A DNA stretch of 63,081 nt, filler included, from Octopus bimaculoides (lineage: Eukaryota), in assembly GCF_001194135.2 (NCBI RefSeq). It is 5 parts of 4 records of this genome, joined end to end, with 100 filler letters (N's around TTAATTAATTAA, not from the genome) between each part and the next. Parts side by side here need not be neighbours in the genome. Positions count along the whole stretch, not along the records: positions 29,251 to 45,788 come from NC_068995.1; positions 45,889 to 53,277 come from NW_026438687.1; 3 more parts are not named here. One strand, 5' to 3'. Of the stretch, positions 36,380 through 46,862 are shown in pieces; positions within the stretch are counted from its first letter, which is position 1; each line of letters begins with the position of its first letter. The notes under the pieces were generated by a model that had not been told where the DNA came from, ran no database searches, and was given only the letters and a program-made list of their open reading frames with translations. A program made the position numbers and the translations under genes.

Positions 36380-36895
36380 CAGTGGTGCTGGTCCCATGAA
36401 AAAAAAACTCCCAGTTCACTCTGTAAAGTGGTAGGCTTTAGGAAAGGGAACCAGCCATAGAAACCATGCCAAAGCAGACATTGGAGCTCAGCATAGCCTT
36501 CTGGCTTGTTGGATCCTGTCAAACCATCCAGTTCATGTCAAATTGGAAGATAGATGTTAAATTACGATGATAATGAATGTATATGTGTGTATATGTAACT
36601 TTAAAATTTTTTTTCAATTTTGAATTAAGACACTTGTAAATATTAAATTATTAGTGAAACTATTAGTGGTCATGACCACTGCCAGTAACACATATAAGGC
36701 ACCTGTGCAGGTGATGTGTAAAAGATACCCAGTACACTCTGTAGAGTGGTTGGCATTAGGAAGGGCATCTGGCTGTAGAAACTAAACCAAAATAGACGAC
36801 TGGAGTCTGGTGCATCTCTCTGGCTTATCAGCTCCAATCAAGCTGTCTAACCCATTCCAGCATGGAAAATGGATGCTAAGTGGTGGTGGTCGTGG
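36380..36895 (+). mobile_element. Two tandem decayed RTE-tail repeats
   Basis: CCCAGTACACTCTGTA(A/G)AGTGG...GGAAGGGCATC...CAGCATGGAAAA occurs twice. Confidence 0.65.
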
Positions 36896-37256
36896 TGGCA
36901 GCAGCAGCAGCGTAAAAGATTAATGTCAGTGTGGTTTTGAGTTGAAGTAGGTATGTGTGTATATTAATAGGAGAGTAGGGGTTTTTCTCATGGCAGAGGA
37001 AATTTGACAATGAACTCTCCCTAAAATATTAGTCACTGTTTCATTCTAATGTTTGGCAACAAATATTGCTTCTATTTCTATTACTCATCTGACAGATAAT
37101 CACCAACATACCAATTCTTATGACCATCTTTGTTTTTCAATGATACAATTTTTTTTTCTTCATGTGATGTTCTTCTCTATGTCTTGATTAAGGCCAGAAA
37201 GTAATAGATGAAAAAAAATATCCTCTCTGATAACTTATTTTAAAATTCCCTTTCAG

Positions 37257-37326
37257 TGTTCTTGTGGATACTCCAGAAGATGTATGCCAAACTGTCTTAG
37301 AGCTGGATACTTCAGAACCATCTAAA
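37257..37326 (+). CDS. PWWP-domain protein exon
   Basis: CCCTTTCAG acceptor and GTGAGT donor; phase 2 to 0; (S)VLVDTPEDVCQTVLELDTSEPSK. Confidence 0.8.
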
Positions 37327-37519
37327 GTGAGTTTCATTTTTACAAAATAAGATTTGTTTTTGTTATTTTTGTTTGGAAATAAAATAGCTGAACAATAGCT
37401 GACTTAAATATGGCTTTTGACTCCCAGTACATGATTTGTGATCCTGAACTTTCTGCTCTAATAAACCTGCAATTAATTCCAGTATATTAACCCCTAGGCA
37501 CAATTAATTCCAGTATATA

Positions 37520-38665
37520 ACCACTAAGCACATGACCTAGTGGTTTGGCTGTTGCACTTATGATCACTAGATCATGGGTTGATTCCCAGACTGGGCGGCA
37601 CATTGTGTTCTTGGACAAAGCACTTCATTTCACATTGTTCCAGTCCCCTTTTTGGGAGGAATGTTGGCCTGTTTGCCTAGCCAGTGGGGTAGCGTCATCT
37701 GATGGCTAAAACGATGCAAAGCACATTCTGACCAGTGATGCGTAACAGCATCTGATAGTCTGGTCGGTCATGTGATCACATGATATTATAGCTATATATT
37801 TTAACATTTTAGCTTTATTTAATATTGCAGTTTGTGAAGGATCGCATCATTGATGTTAGATGTCCAATTAGCCAATCACTAGAGCATTACATTTCTGACA
37901 GGGAGTTTGTCTAAGCTGATGCAGAACAAAATACTTGAAGGGAATACATTCATAAGACCTCCAGTTTTTCAGTTTCTCACTGATGTTTATATAATATACT
38001 CTGCTGATATACATCAGTGAAACACACACGCATGCACACACACACAAGCGAGCGCGCGTACACTGATGAGCTTCTGTATACTTTCGTCTTCCAAATTCTA
38101 CTCATAAAGCATTGGTTGATCTGAGCTTATGGCAGAATGCAATTACCCAAGCTGCCTCACGAGGGGATCAAACCTTGAACCACATGGTTGCAAAAAGAAC
38201 ACCTTAAACACACAGCCATGCCGACATCCAAAGAGATGGAAGGTAAAATAGGCACAAGCATGACTGTGTGGTAAGAAGTTTGCCTCCCAATCACTTGGTT
38301 CCAAGTACAGTCCCCCTGCCTAGTCACCTTGGCTCAGGTGTCTTCTACTGTAGCCCAAGGCCAACCAAAGCATTGTGACTTAATTTGGTACACAGAAACT
38401 GAAAGAAGCTCATTGTATGTGTCAGTGTTACTGTCTCCTCTTGACATCACTTGATAGTTGTAAGCAAGTTTCACTGTCATACAAGCAGTGTCCTTCATTT
38501 CCAGTCTTCGTTGAAAACATATCTAGTCATGGAGAAAATATTACCTTTACTTGGAAACAGGTGAGGTTTGGCAACAGGAAGGGGATCCAGCTGTAGAAAA
38601 TACACCTCAGCAAATTCCATCTAACCCATGCAAGCATGGAAAAGTGGATGTTAGAATGATGATGA
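37520..38665. mobile_element. Cluster of intronic SINEs (C on +, B on -, B with RTE tail on +)
   Basis: Heads CCTAGTGGTTTGG.. and GACTGTGTGGTAAGAAG..; tail CATGCAAGCATGGAAAAGTGGATG. Confidence 0.7.
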
Positions 38666-38710
38666 AGGTCTATAGTAAAGGAAAGCATTATATAATGAAG
38701 GTAGATGTCT

Positions 38711-38939
38711 TTAACTCTTTAGTATTCAGATTACTCTGTCAAATGTTATGTTTATTCACATTATTTTATTTAGAATTAATCATGCATTATCTCATAACTT
38801 TGAGATTTCGATGATGTAATTGTTTATTTTTAGAATGGTATTGTAGGGAAAGTGTCAGTGGCTGGATCTGGATGGTTTGAACATAAAACATCAAAAATAT
38901 TAGAGCCAGATATGTCCGGTTTGAATGCTAAATGGTTAA
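38711..38939. mobile_element. piggyBac-like MITE (TTAA-flanked)
   Basis: Ends TTAACTCTTTAGTATTC and GAATGCTAAATGGTTAA are imperfect inverted repeats bounded by TTAA. Confidence 0.7.
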
Positions 38940-39059
38940 AAATTGATTAATTTTTGCACATCATACAGAGAATTTATTTGCAAAATATTATCAGTTATAT
39001 AGGTAAAAAAAAACCCTCTCAGCTTATATATCACAAAAGAAGAAAATGTCTGTTATATA

Positions 39060-39395
39060 AAGACACCTCCCCCCGCCCTTTAGTTATCAATGACCATGGG
39101 ATTGTACCTAGAAAGTTCCCCTCCAAAGCACAAGTCTGGGCAAGGTTGTTTATGAAAGACCAGTAGTCACTCGTGCATACCAGCCTCCCCTCTCCATGCC
39201 ACTGATGTTATCCAAGAGAAAGGCAAAGGCCAATACAGCTTGGCACCAGTGATGTTGCAATTCGTTTCTATAGCTGAGTGAACTCGAGCAACGTGAAATG
39301 TGAAATAAAGTGTCTTGCTCAAGAACACAACCCAGCCTGGTACGGGAATCAAACTCACTACTTCATGATTGTGAGCCCTATGCTCTAACCACTAA
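39060..39395 (-). mobile_element. tRNA-derived SINE (additional family)
   Basis: GTGTCTTGCTCAAGAACACAAC...GGGAATCAAACTCAC...GCTCTAACCACTAAGC is a reverse tRNA-like head. Confidence 0.7.
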
Positions 39396-39495
39396 GCTTT
39401 CACTCTGTTGTATATTAATTTAGCAAAACTGTAGTTTTCAATTAACTTTGAATGAATACCATTTTTTAAAACTTTCTTTTCTTTTATTGTTGAAG

Positions 39496-39553
39496 GAATT
39501 ATCCACCGTAAGTGTAATGCCAGAAATCTGGATTCCTAGTGTTGAAGAAACCA
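39496..39553 (+). CDS. PWWP-domain protein exon (with an internal alternative donor)
   Basis: TTGAAG acceptor and GTAAGT donor; phase 0 to 1; ELSTVSVMPEIWIPSVEET. A second GTAAGT lies at 39508. Confidence 0.7.
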
Positions 39554-39577
39554 GTAAGTATTATTATTAATAATATT

Positions 39578-39790
39578 AAGGTGGTGAGCTGGCTGAATTG
39601 CTAGCATGATGGGTGAAATGATTAGAGGCATTTTGTCTGTCTTTATGGTTTTGAGTTGAAGTTGCACCGAGGTTTCATCCTTTCAAGGTTGATAAAATAA
39701 GTACCAGTCAAGTACTGAGATCAATGTAATTAACCAGCCTCCTCCCCTAAAATTTCAGACCTTGTGCCTGCAATAGAAAGGATAATTATT
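39578..39790 (+). mobile_element. SINE family A, CpG-decayed
   Basis: GGTGGTGAGCTGGCTGAATTG...GGGTGAAATG: CG>TG at positions that are CG in the 28190-28421 copy. Confidence 0.8.
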
Positions 39791-40285
39791 ATCCATACCA
39801 CCCCACCTCTATCTCAGTTGAGTGGGGTTTTGTTTTGGAAGGTACTTGGTGACCCTGTTAGTGCTGGTGCCATGTAAAAAGCACTGGTGATGGTGCCATG
39901 TAAAACAGCAATGGAATCTGGTGTGGATCCTGGCTTTGCCAGCTCCAGTTGAGCCATCCAACCCATGCCAGCATGGAAAGCGGATGCAAAATAATAATGA
40001 TGATGATAATGATTTATATCACATTTAGTGAGGCTTATCTCATGTTATTTTCTATTCTATAACTACATTCTTTCTACAATGCTTTATTCATCTTAATGGA
40101 ACAAAACGATCTTCCTAGCTCAGTAATTTGGTTCATTCATCTGAAGTGAAGTTACTTGACATTTCTTTATAGGAAATTCATCATACTGTGCTTTCTGTTC
40201 CGTTGAGATCTTTAAAACTAAACAAGCTGATTGACTTAAAAGTAGAGTTGTTTCTAAGTATTTTCCCTTCTATTTATTTTTTAAG

Positions 40286-40356
40286 CCGCTGTTGGTAACG
40301 AGGTTGTTCTTCATGATATTGATGCTGAAGTTCTTGTCCCCACTGCTACAGACTGA
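40286..40356 (+). CDS. PWWP-domain protein last coding exon (stop TGA at 40354-40356; exon continues to a donor at 40399)
   Basis: TTTTTAAG acceptor; phase 1; (T)AVGNEVVLHDIDAEVLVPTATD* followed by TAG. GTAAGT donor 43 nt after the stop. Confidence 0.7.
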
Positions 40357-40639
40357 TAGAACAATATTGGAAGAGATGAAAAAATATCTTTTAAATCTGG
40401 TAAGTTGAGAAGTATACCTAAATGGATTTCATTGTAGCATATCAAACATCTCATTCCATGGATACCTCATATTAATCTTAACCTGACACATTACATTTTA
40501 TAGAGGTGTATTAATCTTTCAATTATATTAATTGCTGAAATGCAATATGATAAACTGGTTCATTCCATTGTCATAATCTGTGGGCTTGGAAGATTAACTT
40601 CCCAAATATATGAGTTATCTAGATAACAGGCATTTCTAG

Positions 40640-41230
40640 TGTGTGTGTGTTTAATGCTTACCACTTTTCTGGGTTCCTCCAGATTGGTGAGGGTCATGGA
40701 GTTGATGATCCCTTTGATCATTCATAGGTTGACATTGGTATGAAGGGAATGCCAGAATGATGTAGCTCTGGGAAGAATGATTTGGAGATGTTTAGCATGG
40801 ACTGAGAAATGAGTGATTCACCAGGTGATGAGAGGAAAAAAGATAGACATGTCATTTGACCTTTTATATATAAAAAAAAAAATAAAAAGCATTTGCTCAT
40901 CTGAAATAGTATTTTGCCAGCAATAGAAGATGCAGATACAAGGAAGTATACATCTGTGGACCACTGGTTTTACTGTACTGATGAATAATGAATCTTTTGC
41001 AATCAGCTTAATGACCTTTTGTGTGTATTAGCAGCAGTGCTGTTCCAGATATGCGAACTGTACTCTAATATGTTGCACTTGGACTTTAAGGAGGTCAACA
41101 TCCTTAAGAGCTGAGCTGTTTTCTGGTTGCAAGCATGCACCTTAAATATTTCTGGAATGTGAAATAATAATGAGGGATCTTCAGAGATTGTGAGGCATTG
41201 CATACGTATTCATTTGGATGATCACTTTTG
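40640..41230 (-). mobile_element. Decayed L2/CR1/Jockey-like LINE fragment
   Basis: ILEYSSHIWNSTAANTHKRSL resembles the post-RT motif LEY.S.IW.....H...L. Confidence 0.5.
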
Positions 41231-41254
41231 AAAGGACATGGAGTAACTTTTTTT

Positions 41255-41650
41255 TTGCAGGTGTGACTGTGTGGTAAGAAGCTTACTTCCCAACCATGTG
41301 GTTCTGGGTTCAGTCCCACTGCATAACACCCTGGGCAAGTGTATTCTACGATAGCTTCAGGCAGACCAAAACCTTGTGACTTTGGTAGACGAAAACTGAA
41401 AGAAGTCTGCCGTGTGTGTGTGTATCTTTCCTGTCTATGTTTGTCCCCCATCACCACTTGACAGCCAGTGTATGTGTGTTTACATCCCCGTAACTTAGCA
41501 GTTTGGCAAAAGTGGTCGATAGAATAAATATCAAGCTTCAAAAAAAAAATAGTGTTGGGGTTTATTCATTTGACTTGAAAAAAATCCATCTAGGCAGTGC
41601 CCCAACATGGCCACAGTCTAGTGACTGAAACAAGTAAAAGATAAAAGATA
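41255..41650 (+). mobile_element. Full-length SINE family B
   Basis: GTGTGACTGTGTGGTAAGAAGC head through the CATGGCCACAGTCTAGTGACTGAAACAAGTAAAAG tail. Confidence 0.85.
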
Positions 41651-42239
41651 CATCTGAAGACTGGCTTTTAATGATATCTTGAAGCAGAACCTCAATTCAT
41701 TTGACATTAATCAAATTCAGTGGATAGCTTCTGGTGTGGAAATTGATAATTGGGAATGGATGAGAGAAATCCAATGTTAAAGTGTAGCAAACATAGAAGT
41801 AAACCAAGTAGCTTTATTCTGGGGAACAGATATTATATTGCTTCTATCACACTGTAAATGTTTTACATAAAGATGTTTTTCTGGGTGTACCTTATCCAAC
41901 ATAGCATCTTGTCAACTAGGGTCCTTGTCATCTCCTTTGTCAAGTTCAACCTCCTGATATCTTCCTTCTTTTTTTCATGTCTTCTTTGTATTTCCTTTTC
42001 TGCAGATTCATTCTACTCGGATTGCTTTGTGCTTCTTTCCTCATTTTACATCCTCCTCTATACACATTACATCTCTGTATACTTTTACATACTACATCTG
42101 ACTCCCTTATACCTATATCATAAGAATTGTTCTTCTGCACATGAAGAGGGCTATGCATGATAAACATTCTATAGATGGTGCCACTCAAAACTATAACAGA
42201 GTCAGTGGCAGTCCATTGCAGTTTCATAACTGGATCCTG

Positions 42240-42680
42240 CATGTCTCATTCTATATGTGCTGAGGAAGAAGATCATGAAATGAAGTGCATGGGTCACTTC
42301 CTGGCAAGTTGAGGTCCACCTTAAACAAATCCATGCCATTGGCATTTCCTTCAATGACAATGGATGTCGTAATTAAGAAGCTGAAAACTAAGCCTCAAAA
42401 GACACCTAAATTTCTCACTGAACTCATTACTATGTCTCACCTTGCTGGTGGTGTCTCACCTTGCTGGTGGTGTCTCACTTTGCATCACTGGTGTGGCTTT
42501 TCCAAGCCATTTATCTACACCTGGTTTTCTTTACAGACTACCAGACTACAGAGCATGGTTGTTCCATAAAAGCTGGATATAATAATGGTTTACACTTTCC
42601 TAGGAACTTCTGTAGTTGTTTCTTCAAAAGTTGTACCCCATGTGACACAAAACTGAAATGCATCGATCTCATCTAAGCTA
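42240..42680 (+). mobile_element. Decayed LINE RT N-terminal fragment (tentative)
   Basis: DVVIKKLKTK..TELI followed by frameshifted SMVVP..KAG, echoing the K.PG.D / VVPI.K.G region. Confidence 0.35.
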
Positions 42681-42737
42681 ATTTTTTTCTAAATTAGTTG
42701 TACTGTAACTCTGTTTGTCTGTCTGTCTGTCTGTCTG

Positions 42738-42776
<39 letters not shown>

Positions 42777-43477
42777 TTTATCAGCAATTGCTTCTTGTTG
42801 AGCATGTTTTTACCCTTGTAACAGTTGCTACTTCTATGACCCTTTCCTGTAATGTCTGATTGATAATGTAAGTGACATACCCCATCAGATATTTTCATTA
42901 TTTCAGTACCTGTCTCTGATGGTTTTGTCTGCTTTCTTTGTCTTTATATCTTTAAATGTCTATTTCAGCTGTTGAGCTGTCAATTTCACTAGATGGTCTC
43001 TATATTGCATCTTTTTGGAGTAGTCTCTCTCTCTCTCTCTCTTATCACTGAGGACTAGAGTACCACTAATTCACTGGTATTTCATGCTCACTTCACTCTG
43101 GCAATATCCCTGATTCAAACAGACACACAGTTTTGTAATCTGGTACACATTACGCCTCTGATTTTCATGTTGCAGATTATTGGTAAAACTCTTACCTTCA
43201 GCTTCTCTCCTTGTTACATCTAGCTTTTCTTCTACTTGTCTGATATTGCTCCTTACTCTTCACTTCCTTCCATCCTTTCTAAGCTTGTCTCTTAGCTTTT
43301 ATGGCTCTGTTTACTGGATAACCCCCACCACCATGTCACTTTCTCTGTGGCTGTAACCTTACTCCATCCACAGATTTGGTTCTGTGGCTTGCAGCCAGAT
43401 GTCTTATAGACACTCCCAGTTATCCTCTGTATTATAAGTGTCTATCTCCTCCTCAACAAATGCATCACCTAGCATTT

Positions 43478-43772
43478 TTTCCGATTAGAGAACAAATATT
43501 TAAGAGAAAGTGGAAGTGGATTGGTAGCACAATTAGAAAAGGACACACCAAATGCAGCAAAAAAACGCTTTACAGTGGAATCCGGAGGGATATAGAAAGA
43601 GTGGTAGACCTAAGAACTCGTGGCGTAGATCAACACAAAAGGAACTAGAGAAAGGAGGACATTCATGGCAGAGTATAAGTACGGAAGCGAGAAATTCTGC
43701 GACATGGAATTCAATTATAAGTGGCCTATACTCCGCGTTGGAGGGTTAAAGGCAAGAAAGAAAGAAAGAAAG
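43478..43772 (+). mobile_element. RTE-clade LINE 3' end with (AAAG)n tail
   Basis: IREQIFKRKWKWIGSTIRK and ALQWNPEGYRKSGRPKNSWRRSTQKELEK...TWNSIISGLYS*, then the AAGAAAGAAAG tail. Confidence 0.88.
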
Positions 43773-44359
43773 CATTTTTTTAAACCTATGCCTAACCAAG
43801 GTATCTTTGTTTCCATAACCACCCTTCTCCAGATTGTTCTGTGTCTCTGGGTCCATCCATCTTTTATACTGTTGTCACTTAATACTAGTCTGTATTGCAT
43901 AGAAGATTCTTCATTGAATAAAGACTTTGTATTCATAACCATCTGTCTGTCTGATTTCCTGCTGAGGATGAAATCTAATTCCTTTCAAATCACTGGGGTT
44001 GACATTATCTGCTATAACCATGACTTTTTGTTTGTTTCCACATTAATAGAAGTGTTAGAAATCAATATTTCTAGATCTGCTAATCTATTCCACTAATCAA
44101 TGAACTGACACATATATGATTAAAATATTTTACTCAGAGAGACACAGCTGTGTTCCTTCATCTCATATGAACTGGTGACCCACAAGCTGGGCATTCAATA
44201 TTTTACCAACTCATTTTTGCCTCTATTTTTTTTAAACACAGTCATGCTTAATTTTGCAGGAACTTGACAGCTTTCTAACAATTTTGTTTGAAAATAATTT
44301 GATTAAAAAAATAACTACTTTCTAATATCTAGAGTATTGTTCTTTTTTTTAAATTTCAG

Positions 44360-45040
44360 ACCATTAACATCCCCTAGCCTCTATCACAGCAGATCACAAC
44401 CACCACCACCACCACTACCACCATTGCTACTTGTGCTCTTCTGTTCCAGCCATTACCATTGTGATCATCAAACCAACAACTACAGCTACAAATACTAATG
44501 GGTCAGCATTGTCCTTAAAAATATTATTGCTAATATTTTCTCCATCTCTCACACAGTCAACACATGTTCAAACGATTTTACTGCACACATCTTCATAATA
44601 AAGAATTTTTAATCATTCAGAAAAACTGCAGAGGAAAGACTGAGATTTTAGAGAATATTTTTAGGAGACACAAGCAGAATCCACAATTGTTCATTTTAAA
44701 CAGGTTTTTATCAATGCCCTTCGGGTTTAAATCACCGTTTCATCTGATTTTCATATATCTGGATTAGCTCAACTACATCTAGTGCAGTAATGTATCTAAA
44801 ACTCAAAATAAATTCATTTAAGTATTCTTGCTTTGTCTTTGCTTTTGTTTTTTACCTCTCTCTCTCCTACATTATTATTATTACTACTACTACTACTACT
44901 ACTACTACTGCCTGAATTGTGATGGTAACATTTCTGTGCAATAGCACAGGTGTAAACTCAGTAATATTTATTTTATATTAGTATGGAAACAAGTGTTTGT
45001 ATATTTTTTTCCAATCTTTAAAAAAAATGTCAATAAAACA
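44360..45040 (+). other. Probable terminal (3' UTR) exon of the PWWP gene
   Basis: TTTTTTTTAAATTTCAG acceptor at 44359; AATAAA at 44597, 44807 and 45032. The 3' end is inferred. Confidence 0.45.
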
Positions 45041-45788
45041 ATGAACAGCATTCTTTCGGCCCAGTTTTAACTCTGACTGTAGTCATAGCTGGAGTTATTT
45101 ATCAACACAAAGTAACAGAGGTACAAGAAGCAGCAACGATAGTGACAACAATGTATACTACAGCAGCAGAAACAATAACAGCAACAACATGAAAGACAGT
45201 AACAAAGAACCATGACAACTCTTATCTTTTTTGAGGGTAGTTAGCCAGTGGACCGTGCATTTGATGCAAGATCGGAAAGGTAAAGTCCTCCAGTACAAAA
45301 ATGACATTGTAAAACCAGGTGTTATATGCCTTAGTGAGTAGGAAAAAAAAAAACTCTGAACAAAAAAAAATCATTGTCTAACATATTTTTCACAAAGAGA
45401 GGAAACTTGAATTTCTTTCATTGGTAGACAGAAAAATACCTCCAAGATGTGTGGCCCTCAGTGCTACACATGGATAAAGGTAAACAATATGGGACTAGTT
45501 GCTATCTGCAGCAGTGAGCAAAAACCACAAGAATGCAACTATTACTTGCACATCCCAGACCTTTACTATGCTTCACTATTATATGGGTAAAAAGTTGACT
45601 TGAATTCAAGTCGAGCTCACCCATGACCCAGCGAGTGTTATAACCATTCTGGAAGAGCATGGGGAGATTCTGGAGGTGAAGTCCACCCCACAGCTCAACA
45701 GGATTGGAATTCTTATGGAATTCCAGATATTAGTTTCTCCAGAAGAAATAAATCACATTACCGATTTTTTTTTTTTTTTTTTTTTTTT

Positions 45789-45888
45789 NNNNNNNNNNNN
45801 NNNNNNNNNNNNNNNNNNNNNNNNNNNNNNNNTTAATTAATTAANNNNNNNNNNNNNNNNNNNNNNNNNNNNNNNNNNNNNNNNNNNN
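45789..45888. other. Artificial scaffold linker
   Basis: 44N-TTAATTAATTAA-44N. Confidence 0.95.
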
Positions 45889-46280
45889 TATATATATATA
45901 TATATATATATACACATACACACACACACATATATATGCGCAGCAGATCTGTACTTCCATATGTTACCATGTGTGTTCCGGTACGTGTGCTGCGTTTTAA
46001 AACCTGATGTTCTGTGTCCTTTAACAAAGCGGTGCTCCAGCATGACCGCAATCTATTGACTGCAACCTGTGGAAAGAAATATACAATATATTATCGCTTT
46101 GTGTGTGGTGTTTGTTTTCTCACAGTTACGTCAAGCTGCGACATAGATGAGATGAGAAAAAAATGTTTAAAAAATATAATATGTAAAGCTAAAGAAAAAG
46201 AAAGTATAAAAATAATAAATAAAAAAAAGAAGCCAAATAACCTGTGGAAAAAACTTGCTGTTAATATATATTTGACTTAC

Positions 46281-46292
46281 TTTATCTAACAT
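46281..46292 (-). CDS. Candidate first coding exon (M-L-D-K) of a minus-strand gene
   Basis: GGTGGCTGCC ATG TTA GAT AAA|GTAAGT: Kozak-like context, consensus donor, inside a CpG-rich non-repeat island. Confidence 0.55.
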
Positions 46293-46470
46293 GGCAGCCA
46301 CCTGTCAGAGATATCCGGTTAACTGCAGCATGAAGGCTGACAGACAAGCTGACAGGCGGGCCCTGGGAGTTTAGCTCTAATATGGTGGCTGTGCGTGAGA
46401 AATACCCGGATGACTGCGGTCGACCAACAGCGATAACAGTGGGAGACAATATAGACAATATATAAGTTTG
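46293..46470 (-). promoter_or_regulatory. Candidate 5' UTR/promoter with YY1-like motifs and a uORF
   Basis: GCCATGTT and ACCATATT (YY1-like CCATNTT); uORF MLQLTGYL* at 46331-46305. Confidence 0.4.
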
Positions 46471-46821
46471 TTAGCTATCTGTATTTAATGCAGAAACATG
46501 TGAGATGAGGCTGTTTCGTATCGAAATGAATCTATTGGCAATCGATTAAAGTATCAGAAGGTTCTATTACGTATTCATCTACAAACGCACGCACACACAT
46601 ACACATACACACAGGCACACATATACACACACATCTAATACCTACACACATTAGTACGCTCACAACATGTACACACGCCTACACACACACACTCGCACAC
46701 ATATATCTACGCACGCATATATCCACAGACATGCTGGCACTTTCATTGAATCCATACATACATAAATGCACATCTATTGAACAAGTGTTTATATGCATAT
46801 GTGCATACATTCATGCATATA

Positions 46822-46862
<41 letters not shown>

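Noticed and set aside
45600-45770. Open stretch DPASVITILEEHGEILEVKST... as an exon or LINE ORF1
   Set aside because: No splice sites, no diagnostic motif, and cut off by the segment end.
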